Shown here in pieces: positions 37,595 to 48,109 of a stretch of DNA of 64,000 nucleotides. The stretch is from an uncultured Actinomycetota bacterium (lineage in GTDB: Bacteria; Actinomycetota; Actinomycetes; Mycobacteriales; SCTD01). Position 1 is the first letter of the stretch. The number at the start of each line of letters is the position of its first letter. The notes under the pieces are model-generated. The model saw only the letters and a list, made by a program, of their open reading frames with translations, made no database searches and was not told the origin of the DNA. A program made the translations under genes and the position numbers. The stretch covers positions 292,334 through 356,333 of the forward strand of contig CAWASC010000008.1 of assembly GCA_963784705.1 (NCBI GenBank), read 5' to 3'.

Positions 37595-38716
37595 TTCTTG
37601 CGGCGACCGAACAGCCCGCCGCCGCCGGAGCGGGCGGTCATGCCCGGCCGCTCCTCACCGCGCAGCGTCGCGAGGTCGCGCAGGAGCTCCATCTGCTTGT
37701 CGTCGAGCTTGGTCGGGACCTGCACCTCGAGGTGCACGTGCAGGTCACCCCGACCGGTGCCCCGCAGGTGCGGCACCCCGCGGGCGCGCAGCGTGAACAC
37801 CTCGTGCGGCTGCGTCCCCGCGGGGACGTCGAGCTGCTCCTCGCCGTCCAGGGTGACCAGCGGCATCGACGTACCGAGCGCCGCGGCAGTCATCGGCAGC
37901 GTGACGGTGCAGTGCAGGTCGTCGCCGTCGCGGGTGAAGACCGGGTGCTGCTTCTCGCGGATCTCCACGAACAGGTCGCCGGACGGGCCACCGCCCGGAC
38001 CGACCGCGCCCTCGCCGGCGAGCCGGATGCGCATCCCGTCCTCGACCCCCGCCGGGATCTTCACGGTGAGGGTACGGCGGGCACGCACGCGCCCGTCGCC
38101 GTGGCACTCCCCGCACGGGTGCTCGATGACCGTGCCGGTACCGGTGCAGCGGGGGCAGGCGCGGGTCGTCATGACCTGGCCGAGGAAGGAGCGCTGGACC
38201 TGCTGGACCTCACCGCGGCCGCGGCAGGTCTCGCAGGTGGTCGGAAGCGTGCCGGAGGCCGTCCCCTGCCCGTCGCAGGTGCCGCACAGGACGGCCGTCT
38301 CGATCTGCAGCTCGCGCTGCCCGCCGAACGCCGTCTCGGCCAGCTCGCACTCGATGCGCAGCAGCGCGTCCTCGCCCTGCTGCACGCGGCTGCGCGGGCC
38401 ACGTCCGCCGCCACCGCCGCCGAAGAAGGCGTCCATGATGTCGCCGAGGCCACCGAAGCCCTGCCCGAACGGGCTGCCACCGCCGCCGCCGCCACCGGAG
38501 GCGAGCGGGTCACCGCCGAGGTCGACGACCTGCCGCTTCTGCGGGTCCGACAGCACCTCGTAGGCGGACGGTGACCTGCTTGAACCGCTCCTGCGCCTCC
38601 GGGTCGGGGTTGACGTCGGGGTGCAGCTCGCGGGCGAGCTTGCGGTAGGCCTTCTTCAGCTCGTCGTCGGTCGCGTTCTTGCCCACGCCGAGCAGGCCGT
38701 AGTAGTCGGTCGCCAC
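37591..38716 (-). pseudogene. dnaJ: Chaperone DnaJ (hrcA-linked copy), one frame break
   Basis: The J-domain is in ORF 38510..38716 (GTG start; DYYGLLGV...[19 protein letters not shown]). The continuation [12 protein letters not shown], the G/F region, four CxxCxGxG zinc-finger motifs and the C-terminal domains are in ORF 37591..38556. One extra C in ACCGTC-C-GCCTAC (about 38565) accounts for the shift. Confidence 0.85.
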
Positions 38717-38719
38717 GGC

Positions 38720-39745
38720 TCAGGCCCCGGCCAGCAGGTCACCGACGTAACGCGCCACGGCCCGCACGCTGCTGATGTTGCCCGCGTAGTCCATCCGGGT
38801 CGGGCCGAGCGACGCCGAGGCCGCCGACGGCCTCGGTCCCGGTCAGGCCGTACCCGACGGTCACCACTGAGGTGGACCGCAGTCCCTCCACGCTGTTCTC
38901 CTCGCCGATCTTCACGTGCACGGTGGTGGGGTCGTTGACCTCACCGATGAGCTTGAGCAGCACGACCTGCTCCTCCAGCGCCTCGAGCACCGGCCGGAGG
39001 GTCTGCGGGAAGTCCAGGGCGTGCCGCGTGAGGTTGGCGGTCCCGCCGATGGCGATGCGCTCCTCCGGCCGCTCGACCAGGGTGGTGAGGACGACCGACA
39101 GCACCGAGGTCAGCACCGGGCGCAGCGACGGAGGCGCCGCGTCGGGCAGGTCCTCCAGCGCGCGCGGGCGCGTCGACCAGGCGGGCGCCGTGCAGCCGGG
39201 GCCCGAAGACCTCCCGCAGCGCCGACACGTCCTCCTCGCTGACCAGCCCGGGCAGCTCGAGCACCCGCTGCTCGACCCGGCCGGTGTCGGTGATGAGCAC
39301 CAGCAGCAGCCGGTTCGGCGCCAGGTGCACGATCTCCAGGTGCCGGACGACCGAGCGGCTCAGCGACGGGTACTGCACCACCGCCACCTGCTGGGTGAGC
39401 TGCGAGAGCAGGCGCACGCTGCGGTGCACGACGTCGTCGAGGTCGACCGCCCCCTCGAGGAAGGTCTGGATCGCGCGCTTCTCCGCCGGCGACAACGGCT
39501 TGACGCTCGACAGGCGGTCGACGAACAGCCGGTAGCCCTTGGACGGTCGGGATGCGACCGGCGCTGGTGTGCGGGTGGGTGATGAACCCCTCGTCCTCGA
39601 GCGCCGCCATGTCGTTGCGCACGGTCGCCGGGCTCACGCCGAGGCCGTACCGCTCGGCCAGGCTCTTGGAGCCGACCGGCTCGTTCGTGGACACGAAGTC
39701 CTCGACGATCGCGCGCAGCACCTCGAGCTTGCGGTCGTCCAGCAC
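38720..39745 (-). pseudogene. hrcA: Heat-inducible transcription repressor HrcA, three frame breaks
   Basis: Start GTG 39745 ([17 protein letters not shown]), 8 nt after AGGAGG. The pieces lie in ORFs 39110..39778, 38941..39495 and 38739..39116. The last ~30 codons ([31 protein letters not shown] 38722-38720) are in a fourth register. Each step is -1 in coordinate phase. Length 1026 minus 3 is a multiple of 3. Confidence 0.85.
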
Positions 39746-39772
39746 CCGCTCCACCTCCTGGCAACCCGCGAC

Positions 39773-39797
39773 TGGCACTCACCTGAGTCGAGTGCCA
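39773..39797. promoter_or_regulatory. CIRCE operator (HrcA binding site)
   Basis: TGGCACTC-ACCTGAGTC-GAGTGCCA: a perfect 8-nt inverted repeat with a 9-nt spacer, matching the CIRCE architecture TTAGCACTC-N9-GAGTGCTAA. It sits ~30 nt upstream of the hrcA start. Confidence 0.8.
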
Positions 39798-39824
39798 AGT
39801 GTACGGCGAACCGGCTGCTCCGGC

Positions 39825-40241
39825 TCAGCCGCGCGCGCCGTGGCGGACCCGCGGCTGCTGCAGGTCGATCTCGAACCAGATGCACTTGCCGACCGGCTGC
39901 GGTGCGACACCCCACCGGTCGGCCAGCGCGTCGACGATGGCCATGCCCCGGCCGCCCTCATCCGTGGCGGACGCCTCGCGCCGGCGCGGGTGGTCCGGGC
40001 TGCCGTCGCTGAGGCTGACCCGCACGACCTGGTCGGTCAGGGTGAGCACGAGCTCCATCGGCGCGTCCTGGTGGGCGTGCTGCACGGCGTTGGTGACCAG
40101 CTCGCTGACGACCAGGGCGATGTCCTCGACCAGACCGGACGGGACCGACCAGAGGAGCAGCAGTTCGGACGCAGAACGGCGGGCGGTCCTGGCCGCGGTC
40201 ATGTGCGGGACGAGGTCGACGCTCGCGTGCAGTGCGCTCAC
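39825..40241 (-). CDS. HATPase_c-type ATP-binding protein (RsbW-like anti-sigma factor / Ser kinase family)
   Basis: ORF 39825..40241. N-box ELVTNAVQHA, then SDGSP and GGRGMAIVDALADRWG motifs. Confidence 0.7.
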   Translation of the reverse strand: MSALHASVDLVPHMTAARTARRSASELLLLWSVPSGLVEDIALVVSELVTNAVQHAHQDAPMELVLTLTDQVVRVSLSDGSPDHPRRREASATDEGGRGMAIVDALADRWGVAPQPVGKCIWFEIDLQQPRVRHGARG

Positions 40242-40283
40242 GACAACCCCCTCGCCCGCCTCAGACCACAGATCGGTGAGTGC

Positions 40284-41777
40284 CTACCCCGCGGAACCCC
40301 GCGTCACACGCGCCGGACGGGCGCTGCTCGTGCTGCGCGAGCGCGGGTACCGGTCCCGCTCCCGACGCGGGCTCTCCGGGCGCGGGACGTAGGTCACGAC
40401 GACCGGGTCCCCGGACTCGGCAACCGCACGGACGGCAGGGTGGCCGGGAACGACGGTGACGGCGCTGACGTCGACGCCTGCCTGCTCGCGCAGCCGTTGG
40501 TGGTCGCGCACCTCGCCGGACATGAGCAGCGACAGCACGGTCCCTCGGGCACCGGCTCTCGCCGTACGGCCCGAGCGGTGCAGGTAGTCCTTGTGGTCGG
40601 CCGGCGGGTCGAAGTGCACGACGAGGTCGACCTCGTCGACGTGGATGCCACGGGCGGCGACATCGGTCGCGACGAGCACCCGGGTGCTCCCCCCGGCGAA
40701 CGCGTCGAGCGCGCGCTTGCGGGCGTGCTGCGTCAGGTTGCCGTGCAGGGCAACGGCGTTCGTCCCGCCGGTGGACAGCTGCGCGGCGAGGCGGTCAGCG
40801 CCGTGCTTGGTGCGGACGAAGAACAGCGTGCGGGCCGGGCGGGTGGCGATCTCGGCGGCGATCGCGACCTTGGCCTCGCGACCGACGGCGAAGACCAGGT
40901 GGTCCATGGTGTCCACGGTGCTGGCCGCCGCTGCGACAGCGTGCACGGCCGGGTTGCTGAGGTAGCCGGTGGCGAGCCGGTCGACGCCGCGGTCCAGCGT
41001 CGCGGAGAACAGCATCCGCTGGCCGGTCGTCGGGGTCAGGTCCAGCAGCGCGGTGACGGCGGGCAGGAACCCGAGGTCGGCCATGTGGTCCGCCTCGTCG
41101 AGCACGGTGAGCTCGATCTGCGACAGGTCGCACTCGCGCTGGTCGACGAGGTCCTGCAGCCGTCCGGGGGTGGCGACGACGAGGTCGACACCGCGACGCA
41201 GCTGGTCGACCTGACGTCCCATGGACGTTCCGCCGTACACGGTCATGACCTTGAGGTCGAGCGCCTGGCCGAGGGGGGCGAGCGCGTCGTGGACCTGCTG
41301 CGCGAGCTCGCGGGTGGGCACGAGGACCAGTCCGCGGGGCGCCTTGGGCAGGCGGGTGCCGCCGACCAGTCGGGTGAGCAGGGGCAGGCCGAAGGCGAGC
41401 GTCTTGCCCGAGCCGGTCTGGCCGCGTCCGAGGACGTCGCGGCCGGCGAGGGCGTCGGGCAGCGCCCTGGCCTGGATGGCAAACGGGGCGGTCACGCCGC
41501 GGCGGGCGAGCGCCTGCACCAGGCGGTCCGGCAGACCCAGCTCGGCGAACGTGGGAACCGGCGCGTCGGCCTGTACGGCGGACAGGGCCGCCGCCGCGTC
41601 GAGGGCGGTCTCCAGCGGGCTGACCGCGACGACGCGCGGGGCGCTCGCCCGGCTGCGGCCGGAGGAGCGGCCCTGGCTGCGACCGCGGGAGGCGCTGCCG
41701 GCAGAGGCGGGGCGGCCGGACGTCGAACGCCCCGACGTCGGGCGGGAGGGCGTACGGGCAGGGGGAAGGGCAGGCAT
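40284..41777 (-). CDS. DEAD-box RNA helicase with N-terminal Arg/Ser-rich extension
   Basis: ORF 40284..41903 trimmed to ATG 41777 (GGAG 9 nt upstream). FAIQ Q-motif, GQTGSGKT, DEADHM, SAT, HRSGRTARAG. The N-terminus is SGRSTSGRPASAGSASRGRSQGRSSGRSR. Confidence 0.9.
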   Translation of the reverse strand: MPALPPARTPSRPTSGRSTSGRPASAGSASRGRSQGRSSGRSRASAPRVVAVSPLETALDAAAALSAVQADAPVPTFAELGLPDRLVQALARRGVTAPFAIQARALPDALAGRDVLGRGQTGSGKTLAFGLPLLTRLVGGTRLPKAPRGLVLVPTRELAQQVHDALAPLGQALDLKVMTVYGGTSMGRQVDQLRRGVDLVVATPGRLQDLVDQRECDLSQIELTVLDEADHMADLGFLPAVTALLDLTPTTGQRMLFSATLDRGVDRLATGYLSNPAVHAVAAAASTVDTMDHLVFAVGREAKVAIAAEIATRPARTLFFVRTKHGADRLAAQLSTGGTNAVALHGNLTQHARKRALDAFAGGSTRVLVATDVAARGIHVDEVDLVVHFDPPADHKDYLHRSGRTARAGARGTVLSLLMSGEVRDHQRLREQAGVDVSAVTVVPGHPAVRAVAESGDPVVVTYVPRPESPRRERDRYPRSRSTSSARPARVTRGSAG

Positions 41778-42019
41778 GACAGGTGACTCCGTCGGGCTCG
41801 TGTGCTGTGGTGCGGGGCCGCTTGCGAAGGTGGGAAGCGGCAGGTCCGGACCGGAAAGACATCCGGCGAACGGGGCACGACACACGAGCGACCATGCGGG
41901 CAAGGGGTGCCCGACTGGCGAGGACAGGAGGTCCTGCGCCCAGGCTACCGGTACGACCCGCCCCGACGGGCTCGCACGCCTGTGCCGTCGGTCACCGGCT
42001 CCCGCGCTAGGTTCCCGGC

Positions 42020-42418
42020 ATGACGCAGCCCCCGTGGGACCCGCCGCCCGGCTCTCCCCCGCCCCCGCCTCCCCCGTACGGCGGCGGCTACCCCCCCGCG
42101 GAGGACACCACCCTCAGCGTGCTGGTGCACCTGTCGTGGTTCGCCTTCGCCCTGCTCGGACCTCTGGTGCTGTTCCTCGTCGTGAAGGACGACCCGACCA
42201 AGCAGATGACCCGGCACCACGCGGTGGAGTCCCTGAACTTCCACCTGAGCATGGGCCTCTACGCGGTGATCTCGATCCCGCTGCTCTTCGTGATCGTGGG
42301 CTTCTTCACCCTGATCGCGGTGATCGTCGGCGGCACGGTCCTCGCCATCGTGGCGGCCGTGGCGGCCGGCCGGCGCGAGGCGTACCGCTACCCGCTCACG
42401 ATCCGGCTCGTGCACTAG
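42020..42418 (+). CDS. DUF4870-type small membrane protein with Pro-rich N-terminus
   Basis: ORF 42020..42418. PPPGSPPPPPPPYGGGYPP, then 3 TM helices with the VKDDP...HHAVESLNFHL motif that I associate with DUF4870. Confidence 0.65.
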   Translation: MTQPPWDPPPGSPPPPPPPYGGGYPPAEDTTLSVLVHLSWFAFALLGPLVLFLVVKDDPTKQMTRHHAVESLNFHLSMGLYAVISIPLLFVIVGFFTLIAVIVGGTVLAIVAAVAAGRREAYRYPLTIRLVH

Positions 42419-42422
42419 TCCG

Positions 42423-43601
42423 TCAGTCCACCAGGTCGCGCACGACGGCGTCCGCGAGCAGACGTCCCCGCAGGGTCAGCACCGCCCGACCAGCCGCGAA
42501 CCGGTCCGGGACCAGCAGGCCGTTCTCGGCGTGGGCGCGCGCGGCGTGGCGTCCTGGCTCGCGCAGCACGTCGAGGTCGAGCCCCTCGGCCAGCCGCAGC
42601 TCCAGCAGCACCCGCTCCACCCGCCGGTCCTCGTCGGTCAGCACCTCCCGGGCCTGCGCAGGGCTGAGGCCCTGTCGCAGTCGCGCGGCGTACGCCGTCG
42701 GGTGCTTGACGTTCCACCACCGCACCCCGCCCACGTGGCTGTGCGCCCCGGGTCCTGCCCCCCACCAGTCGCCGCCGCGCCAGTAGCCGACGTTGTGCCG
42801 ACAGGGCTGCCCCCAGTTCGACACCTCGTACCAGCCCAGGGGGGCGAGCGCCTGCTCGGCCTGGAGGTACCGGTCGGCGAGCACGTCGTCGTCGGGCATC
42901 GGCACCTCGCCCCGCCGGACCTGCGCACCGAGCCGGGTGCCCTCCTCGACGATGAGCGCGTAGGCGCTGACGTGCGTCGGCTCGGCCGCGAGGGCAGTGT
43001 CCAGCGAGGTCTGCCAGTCCTGCTCGGACTCCCCCGGGGCGCCGTAGATGAGGTCCAGCGACACCTGCTCGAAGCCGGCCGCGCGCGCCTCCCGCGCCGC
43101 CTGCTCCGGCCGTCCCGGCGTGTGGGTCCGATCCAGCACCGCCAGCACGTGCGGGACCGCGGACTGCATGCCCAGGCTGATCCGGGTGAACCCGGCCTCC
43201 CGCAACGCGGCAAGCGACCGGGGGTCGACGGAGTCCGGGTTCGCCTCCGTCGTGACCTCGGCATCCGGCGCCAGTCCGAGCTCGTCGCGGACAGCCTGCA
43301 GGACCCGCGCCAGGTCCGAGGCGGGCAGCAGCGTCGGGGTTCCGCCACCGACGAACACGGTCGTCACCGGGGGCGTCTCGCCGAGCACCTGACGCGCGAG
43401 GCCGAGCTCGCGCACCACCGTCTCGGCGTACGACGCCTGCTGGCCGTCGAGGTCGGTGTAGGTGTTGAAGTCGCAGTAGCCGCAGCGCGTCCGGCAGAAC
43501 GGCACGTGGACGTACACGCCGAGCGCATCCCCGACAACGACCCCGGCGGGCAGGGAGCCGTCCATGGGGACCGGTTCACCGGCGGGCAGGGCTCCAGGCA
43601 C
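42423..43601 (-). CDS. hemW: Radical SAM heme chaperone HemW (coproporphyrinogen III oxidase-like)
   Basis: ORF 42423..43601. YVHVPFCRTRCGYCDFNT CxxxCxxC cluster and a HemN_C-like tail. Located next to lepA, as is usual. Confidence 0.9.
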   Translation of the reverse strand: MPGALPAGEPVPMDGSLPAGVVVGDALGVYVHVPFCRTRCGYCDFNTYTDLDGQQASYAETVVRELGLARQVLGETPPVTTVFVGGGTPTLLPASDLARVLQAVRDELGLAPDAEVTTEANPDSVDPRSLAALREAGFTRISLGMQSAVPHVLAVLDRTHTPGRPEQAAREARAAGFEQVSLDLIYGAPGESEQDWQTSLDTALAAEPTHVSAYALIVEEGTRLGAQVRRGEVPMPDDDVLADRYLQAEQALAPLGWYEVSNWGQPCRHNVGYWRGGDWWGAGPGAHSHVGGVRWWNVKHPTAYAARLRQGLSPAQAREVLTDEDRRVERVLLELRLAEGLDLDVLREPGRHAARAHAENGLLVPDRFAAGRAVLTLRGRLLADAVVRDLVD

Positions 43602-43640
43602 CCGCCGAGGCTAGCCGCGGGTCACTACGCTGCCCGTTCC

Positions 43641-44246
43641 ATGGAGCTCGTGCTGGTCCGCCACGCCCTACCGGTGCGCATCGACGCGACCCACGACGGC
43701 TCGCCCGCCGACCCTGGGCTGGCCGATCTCGGCCGGCAGCAGGCAGCCCGCGTCGTCGAGGCGCTGCGCGGGGAGCGGGTCGACGCGGTCTACTCCAGTC
43801 CGGCGCGGCGGGCGCGGGAGACGAGCGAGCCGCTCGCGGCGGCCCTCGGTCTGCCCGTGACGGTGGTGGACGGGCTGAACGAGTTCGACAGCGGGCACAG
43901 CTCCTACGTCCCCGTGGAGGAGCTTCGGGCCGAGGCCGACGAGCGCTGGCAGCAGCTGGTGCGCGGCGAGCTGCACCCGTCGGTCGACCCGCTCGCGTTC
44001 CGGGCGGGTGTCGTCGACGCGGTCGAGGGCGTCGTCGCGGCGCACCCCGGCGGGCGGGCCGTGCTGTTCAGCCACAGCGGGACGATCAACGCGTACGCCG
44101 GTCATGTGCTGTCCCAGGAGCGCCCGCTGTGGTTCGCCCCGGCGTACGCCTCGGTGACCAGGGTGGGCGCAGCCCGGGACGGCCGGCGCGGCGTGGTCAG
44201 CCTCAACGAGACCGGCCACGTCCGCGACCTGCTGGCTCAGCCGTAG
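43641..44246 (+). CDS. Histidine phosphatase family protein
   Basis: ATG 43641, in frame with ORF 42531..44246. LVRHALP (RHG-type motif), SSPARRARET, and a FSHSGTINAY second His motif. Confidence 0.85.
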   Translation: MELVLVRHALPVRIDATHDGSPADPGLADLGRQQAARVVEALRGERVDAVYSSPARRARETSEPLAAALGLPVTVVDGLNEFDSGHSSYVPVEELRAEADERWQQLVRGELHPSVDPLAFRAGVVDAVEGVVAAHPGGRAVLFSHSGTINAYAGHVLSQERPLWFAPAYASVTRVGAARDGRRGVVSLNETGHVRDLLAQP

Positions 44247-44989
44247 CGGTAGACGGTCACCCAGTCGATCGCGAAGGTCACGTCGCGCGGCTGCGACGCG
44301 CTGATCGGCCCGATGGCCTTGTTGGCACCGGTCTGCATCACCAGGCGCATCGGCTGGTGCGGCACCGCCTTGCCGGTCATCGTCGCCCACACGCGTCCGT
44401 CGAGCGTGTAGCGGATCACGTTCGGCGCCCACTCGACGCCGTACGTGTGCCACTGGCGCATGTCCACGTTGACGAAGGCGTGCTGCTGGCTGTTCTCGGT
44501 GCCCCAGTGGGCGGTGGCCATCGTGCGGCCCTCGGGACCCTCGGCCTCGCTGAAGTCGATCTCCGGCGGCCAGCCGGACACGGGCCACAGCATCATCACG
44601 TGTCCGATGCCGTCCGCCCGGTCGAAGCGGGCGCGGACGCGGTACTTGCCGTAGGTCTGCGGCAGGCTGGTGAGCATCATGCCGCTGGTGACGAAGTCCG
44701 TCCCCTCGCGGTAGCCGTGGATCCAGGCCTGTCCGCCGTGCATCTCGACGTGGTTGGGCTTCCAGACGCCGTGGTCGCCGGGGAAGCCGGTGTAGGTCCC
44801 CCAGCGCTTCTCGTTCAGCGCGCCGTTGAAGTCCTCGCGCAGGACCTGCTTCCAGATCCCGGTGCTCCCGCGGGGGGAGACCGTGTTGGCCGAGGCGACG
44901 GCATGGGGCATGAGCAGGGAGGAGCAGGTGGCGAGAGCGGTCGTGAGGAGAGCACGACGTCGAAGCCGGCCTGAGGGGGTCCGGGACAT
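44237..44989 (-). CDS. Secreted glycoside hydrolase family 16
   Basis: ORF 44237..44989. Tat-like RRRALL signal. Catalytic EIDFSE (ExDxxE) motif in WPPEIDFSEAEG. Concanavalin-like fold length. Confidence 0.8.
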   Translation of the reverse strand: MSRTPSGRLRRRALLTTALATCSSLLMPHAVASANTVSPRGSTGIWKQVLREDFNGALNEKRWGTYTGFPGDHGVWKPNHVEMHGGQAWIHGYREGTDFVTSGMMLTSLPQTYGKYRVRARFDRADGIGHVMMLWPVSGWPPEIDFSEAEGPEGRTMATAHWGTENSQQHAFVNVDMRQWHTYGVEWAPNVIRYTLDGRVWATMTGKAVPHQPMRLVMQTGANKAIGPISASQPRDVTFAIDWVTVYRYG

Positions 44990-45121
44990 GAGTCAGGGCA
45001 CCGATCAGTCGGGGGGGAAGCGGTCTGGGGTTGTCGTCAGGCTAGCCCGTACGGACTAGTCATCGACAGCGCTCGCGTGATCTTGAGGTGTGGCATGACT
45101 CACGGCCGGCACCCGTCACTC

Positions 45122-46957
45122 CTACTTGGCCTTCTCCTCGCCGGTGGACAGCGCGGCGATGAACGCCTCCTGCGGGACCTCGACGCGACCCACCATCTTC
45201 ATCCGCTTCTTGCCCTCCTTCTGCTTCTCCAGCAGCTTGCGCTTGCGGGTGATGTCACCGCCGTAGCACTTCGCGAGCACGTCCTTGCGGATCGCGCTGA
45301 TCGTCTCGCGGGCGATGACCTTCGCACCGATCGCGGCCTGGATCGGGACCTCGAAGCCCTGCCGAGGGATGAGCGTGCGGAGCTTGGTCGTCATCGAGTT
45401 GCCGTAGGCGTAGGCCTTGTCCTTGTGCACGATGGAGCTGAAGGCGTCGACCGGCTCGCCCTGCAGCAGGATGTCGACCTTCACCAGCGCCGACGCGAGC
45501 TCGCCGGCCGGCTCGTAGTCGAGCGAGGCGTAGCCGCGGGTGCGTGACTTCAGCTGGTCGAAGAAGTCGAAGATGATCTCGCCGAGCGGCATCGTGTACT
45601 TCAGCTCGACGCGGTCCTCGGACAGGTAGTCCATCCCCAGCAGGACCCCGCGCCGGCCCTGGCAGAGCTCCATCACGGTGCCGACGAACTCGCTCGGCAG
45701 CAGCACCATCGCCTTGACCACGGGCTCGTAGATCTCGGCGATCTTGCCCTTGGTCGGCCAGTCGCTGGGGTTGGTGACGACGATCCTCTCGCCGGTCTCC
45801 AGGACCACGTTGTAGACGACGTTCGGTGCCGTGGAGATCAGGTCGAGGCCGTGCTCGCGCTCGAGCCGCTCGCGCACGATCTCGAGGTGGAGCAGCCCGA
45901 GGAAGCCGACGCGGAAGCCGAAGCCGAGCGCGGCGGAGGACTCCGGCTCGTAGACCAGCGCGGCGTCGTTCAGGCGCAGCTTGTCGAGCGCCTCACGCAG
46001 CGCCGGGTAGTCGGAGCCGTCCAACGGGTAGAGGCCGGAGAAGACCATCGGCCGGGGGTCGCGGTAGCCGCCGAGGGACTGCCCCGCGGGGTTGCGCACC
46101 GTGGTGAGCGTGTCGCCGACGCGCGCCTGCCGGACGTTCTTGACGCCTGGGATGACGTAGCCGACCTCGCCGGCGGACAGGAACTCCGTCGGCATCATCT
46201 CCGGGCTGACGACCCCGACCTCGAGGATGTCGTGCGCGTTCTGGGTCGACATCATCAGGCCGCGGTCCTTGGTGGACAGCTGGCCGTCCATGACGCGCAC
46301 GTAGGTGATGACCCCGCGGTAGGAGTCGTAGACCGAGTCGAAGATCATCGCCCGGGCGGGGGCGTCGAGCACCCCCATCGGCGGGGGTACGTCGCGCACG
46401 ATCGTGTTGAGCACGTCGGTGACGCCCACGCCGGTCTTCGCGCTGATGCGCAGCACGTCGTCGGGCTCGCAGCCGATGATCTTGGCGATCTCCTCGGCGT
46501 ACTTCTCCGGCTGGGCTGCGGGCAGGTCGATCTTGTTGAGCACCGGGATGATGTGCAGGTCGTTCTCGAGCGCGAGGTAGAGGTTGGCGAGGGTCTGCGC
46601 CTCGATCCCCTGCGCGGCGTCGACGAGCAGCAGCGTGCCCTCGCAGGCAGCCAGCGACCGGGACACCTCGTAGGTGAAGTCGACGTGACCCGGGGTGTCG
46701 ATCATGTTGAGGACGTACGACTTGCCGTCGTCGGCGGTCCAGGGCAGGCGGACGTTCTGCGCCTTGATGGTGATGCCGCGCTCGCGCTCGATGTCCATCT
46801 TGTCGAGGTACTGCGCGCGCATCTGCCGCGCATCCACGACCCCGGTGACCTCGAGCATCCGGTCGGCCAGCGTCGACTTGCCGTGGTCGATGTGGGCGAT
46901 GATGCAGAAGTTGCGGATGATCTCCTGCGGGGTGGCGAGACCGCCAGGAATGGGCAC
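45122..46957 (-). CDS. lepA: Translation elongation factor 4 (LepA)
   Basis: ORF 45122..46957. [28 protein letters not shown]-motifs and the LepA C-terminal domain. Confidence 0.95.
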   Translation of the reverse strand: MPIPGGLATPQEIIRNFCIIAHIDHGKSTLADRMLEVTGVVDARQMRAQYLDKMDIERERGITIKAQNVRLPWTADDGKSYVLNMIDTPGHVDFTYEVSRSLAACEGTLLLVDAAQGIEAQTLANLYLALENDLHIIPVLNKIDLPAAQPEKYAEEIAKIIGCEPDDVLRISAKTGVGVTDVLNTIVRDVPPPMGVLDAPARAMIFDSVYDSYRGVITYVRVMDGQLSTKDRGLMMSTQNAHDILEVGVVSPEMMPTEFLSAGEVGYVIPGVKNVRQARVGDTLTTVRNPAGQSLGGYRDPRPMVFSGLYPLDGSDYPALREALDKLRLNDAALVYEPESSAALGFGFRVGFLGLLHLEIVRERLEREHGLDLISTAPNVVYNVVLETGERIVVTNPSDWPTKGKIAEIYEPVVKAMVLLPSEFVGTVMELCQGRRGVLLGMDYLSEDRVELKYTMPLGEIIFDFFDQLKSRTRGYASLDYEPAGELASALVKVDILLQGEPVDAFSSIVHKDKAYAYGNSMTTKLRTLIPRQGFEVPIQAAIGAKVIARETISAIRKDVLAKCYGGDITRKRKLLEKQKEGKKRMKMVGRVEVPQEAFIAALSTGEEKAK

Positions 46958-46965
46958 GAGCCAGT

Positions 46966-48093
46966 CTATCGGCGCACCGGCTCGCCACCGGCCCAGACGC
47001 CGACGACGTCGTGGAGGGCCTCGGGATCGGTCGTGGGGTCGCCGCGTACGGCGAGCAGGTCAGCGTCAGCGCCTGGGGCGAGCACCCCTTTGCGCCCCGC
47101 CAGCCCGAGCGCCTCGGCCGCGACCGAGGTGAGCATCCGCAGCACCGCCACCCCCTCGATGGCCCGCGCGAGGTCAGTGGTCGCGTGGGGCAGCACGCCG
47201 TGTGGCTTGGCCGGCCCCACCCCGGCGTCTGTGCCGACGACGAAACGAGCGCCGTGGCCCACCAACCACGCGTGGTTCTGCGCGACGGCCTCGAGACGTT
47301 GCGCGATCGCCGGCGGCGGCACGGCGCCCGGGAGCGCACCGAGGGTCGCGCTCACCACGACGCCGCTGTCCACGATGCGCTGCAGGACCTCCTGCGTCGC
47401 ACCGACCCCCGACGGCGTCATGAACGTCACGTGCTCGAGGGTGTCGAAGCCGGCGTCGAGGGCGTCGATCACCGAACCGGCCGCGTGCACGTGCGCGGCC
47501 GTCTGCAGCCCCAGGGAGCGGGCAAGGTCCACGAGCTGGCGCAGGTCCGGGTTGTGGAACTGCGGCTCGAACGGGGAGTTGCCGGGGGTGATGTTGCCCC
47601 CGCTGACCATCACCTTCACCACCTGACAGCCCCGAGCAGCCCGCTCCTCGACCGCCCGTGCCATCTGCGCGAACCCCGTGACCTCGCCGCCCAGGAACCA
47701 GCAATGACCCTGCACCGGCGTGAGCGGTGGACCGCTCGCGAGCACGGTGAGCGGACTGTCGACCCGGAGGGCGAGGAAGTCCCGATCGCCCAGGTCGCGG
47801 ACCGTGGTCACCCCCGCCGCCAGCTGCGCCGCCGCGTTGTCCTGCATCCGGGCCAGCAGCTGGTCGTCCGACACCGAGAAGGAGCCGACCACGTCGGTCG
47901 ATGAGGGGTCGAAAGCCAGGTGCACGTGCGCGTCCACGAGTCCCGGCATCAGCGTCACGTCGCCGAGGTCCACGGCGTCCGGCACGGCGCGCTGCTCCAC
48001 GGCCTCCACCCGGCCGTCCACCACCACGACGGTCGCCGCCCCGACCACCTGGTGGCCGTCGAACACCCGCGCTGCCCGATAGGCCTGACGCAT
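46966..48093 (-). CDS. Amidohydrolase family protein
   Basis: ORF 46966..48093. Metal-binding [10 protein letters not shown] near the N-terminus and a later HVTF...GTDAG pattern. Confidence 0.8.
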   Translation of the reverse strand: MRQAYRAARVFDGHQVVGAATVVVVDGRVEAVEQRAVPDAVDLGDVTLMPGLVDAHVHLAFDPSSTDVVGSFSVSDDQLLARMQDNAAAQLAAGVTTVRDLGDRDFLALRVDSPLTVLASGPPLTPVQGHCWFLGGEVTGFAQMARAVEERAARGCQVVKVMVSGGNITPGNSPFEPQFHNPDLRQLVDLARSLGLQTAAHVHAAGSVIDALDAGFDTLEHVTFMTPSGVGATQEVLQRIVDSGVVVSATLGALPGAVPPPAIAQRLEAVAQNHAWLVGHGARFVVGTDAGVGPAKPHGVLPHATTDLARAIEGVAVLRMLTSVAAEALGLAGRKGVLAPGADADLLAVRGDPTTDPEALHDVVGVWAGGEPVRR

Positions 48094-48109
48094 GACGCCC
48101 CTTTCGTTC

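Noticed and set aside
37591-39745. Programmed ribosomal frameshifting as the explanation for split dnaJ and hrcA
   Set aside because: There are no slippery heptamers or stimulatory structures at the shift sites. There are too many independent shifts (three in hrcA alone), spread over unrelated neighbouring genes.
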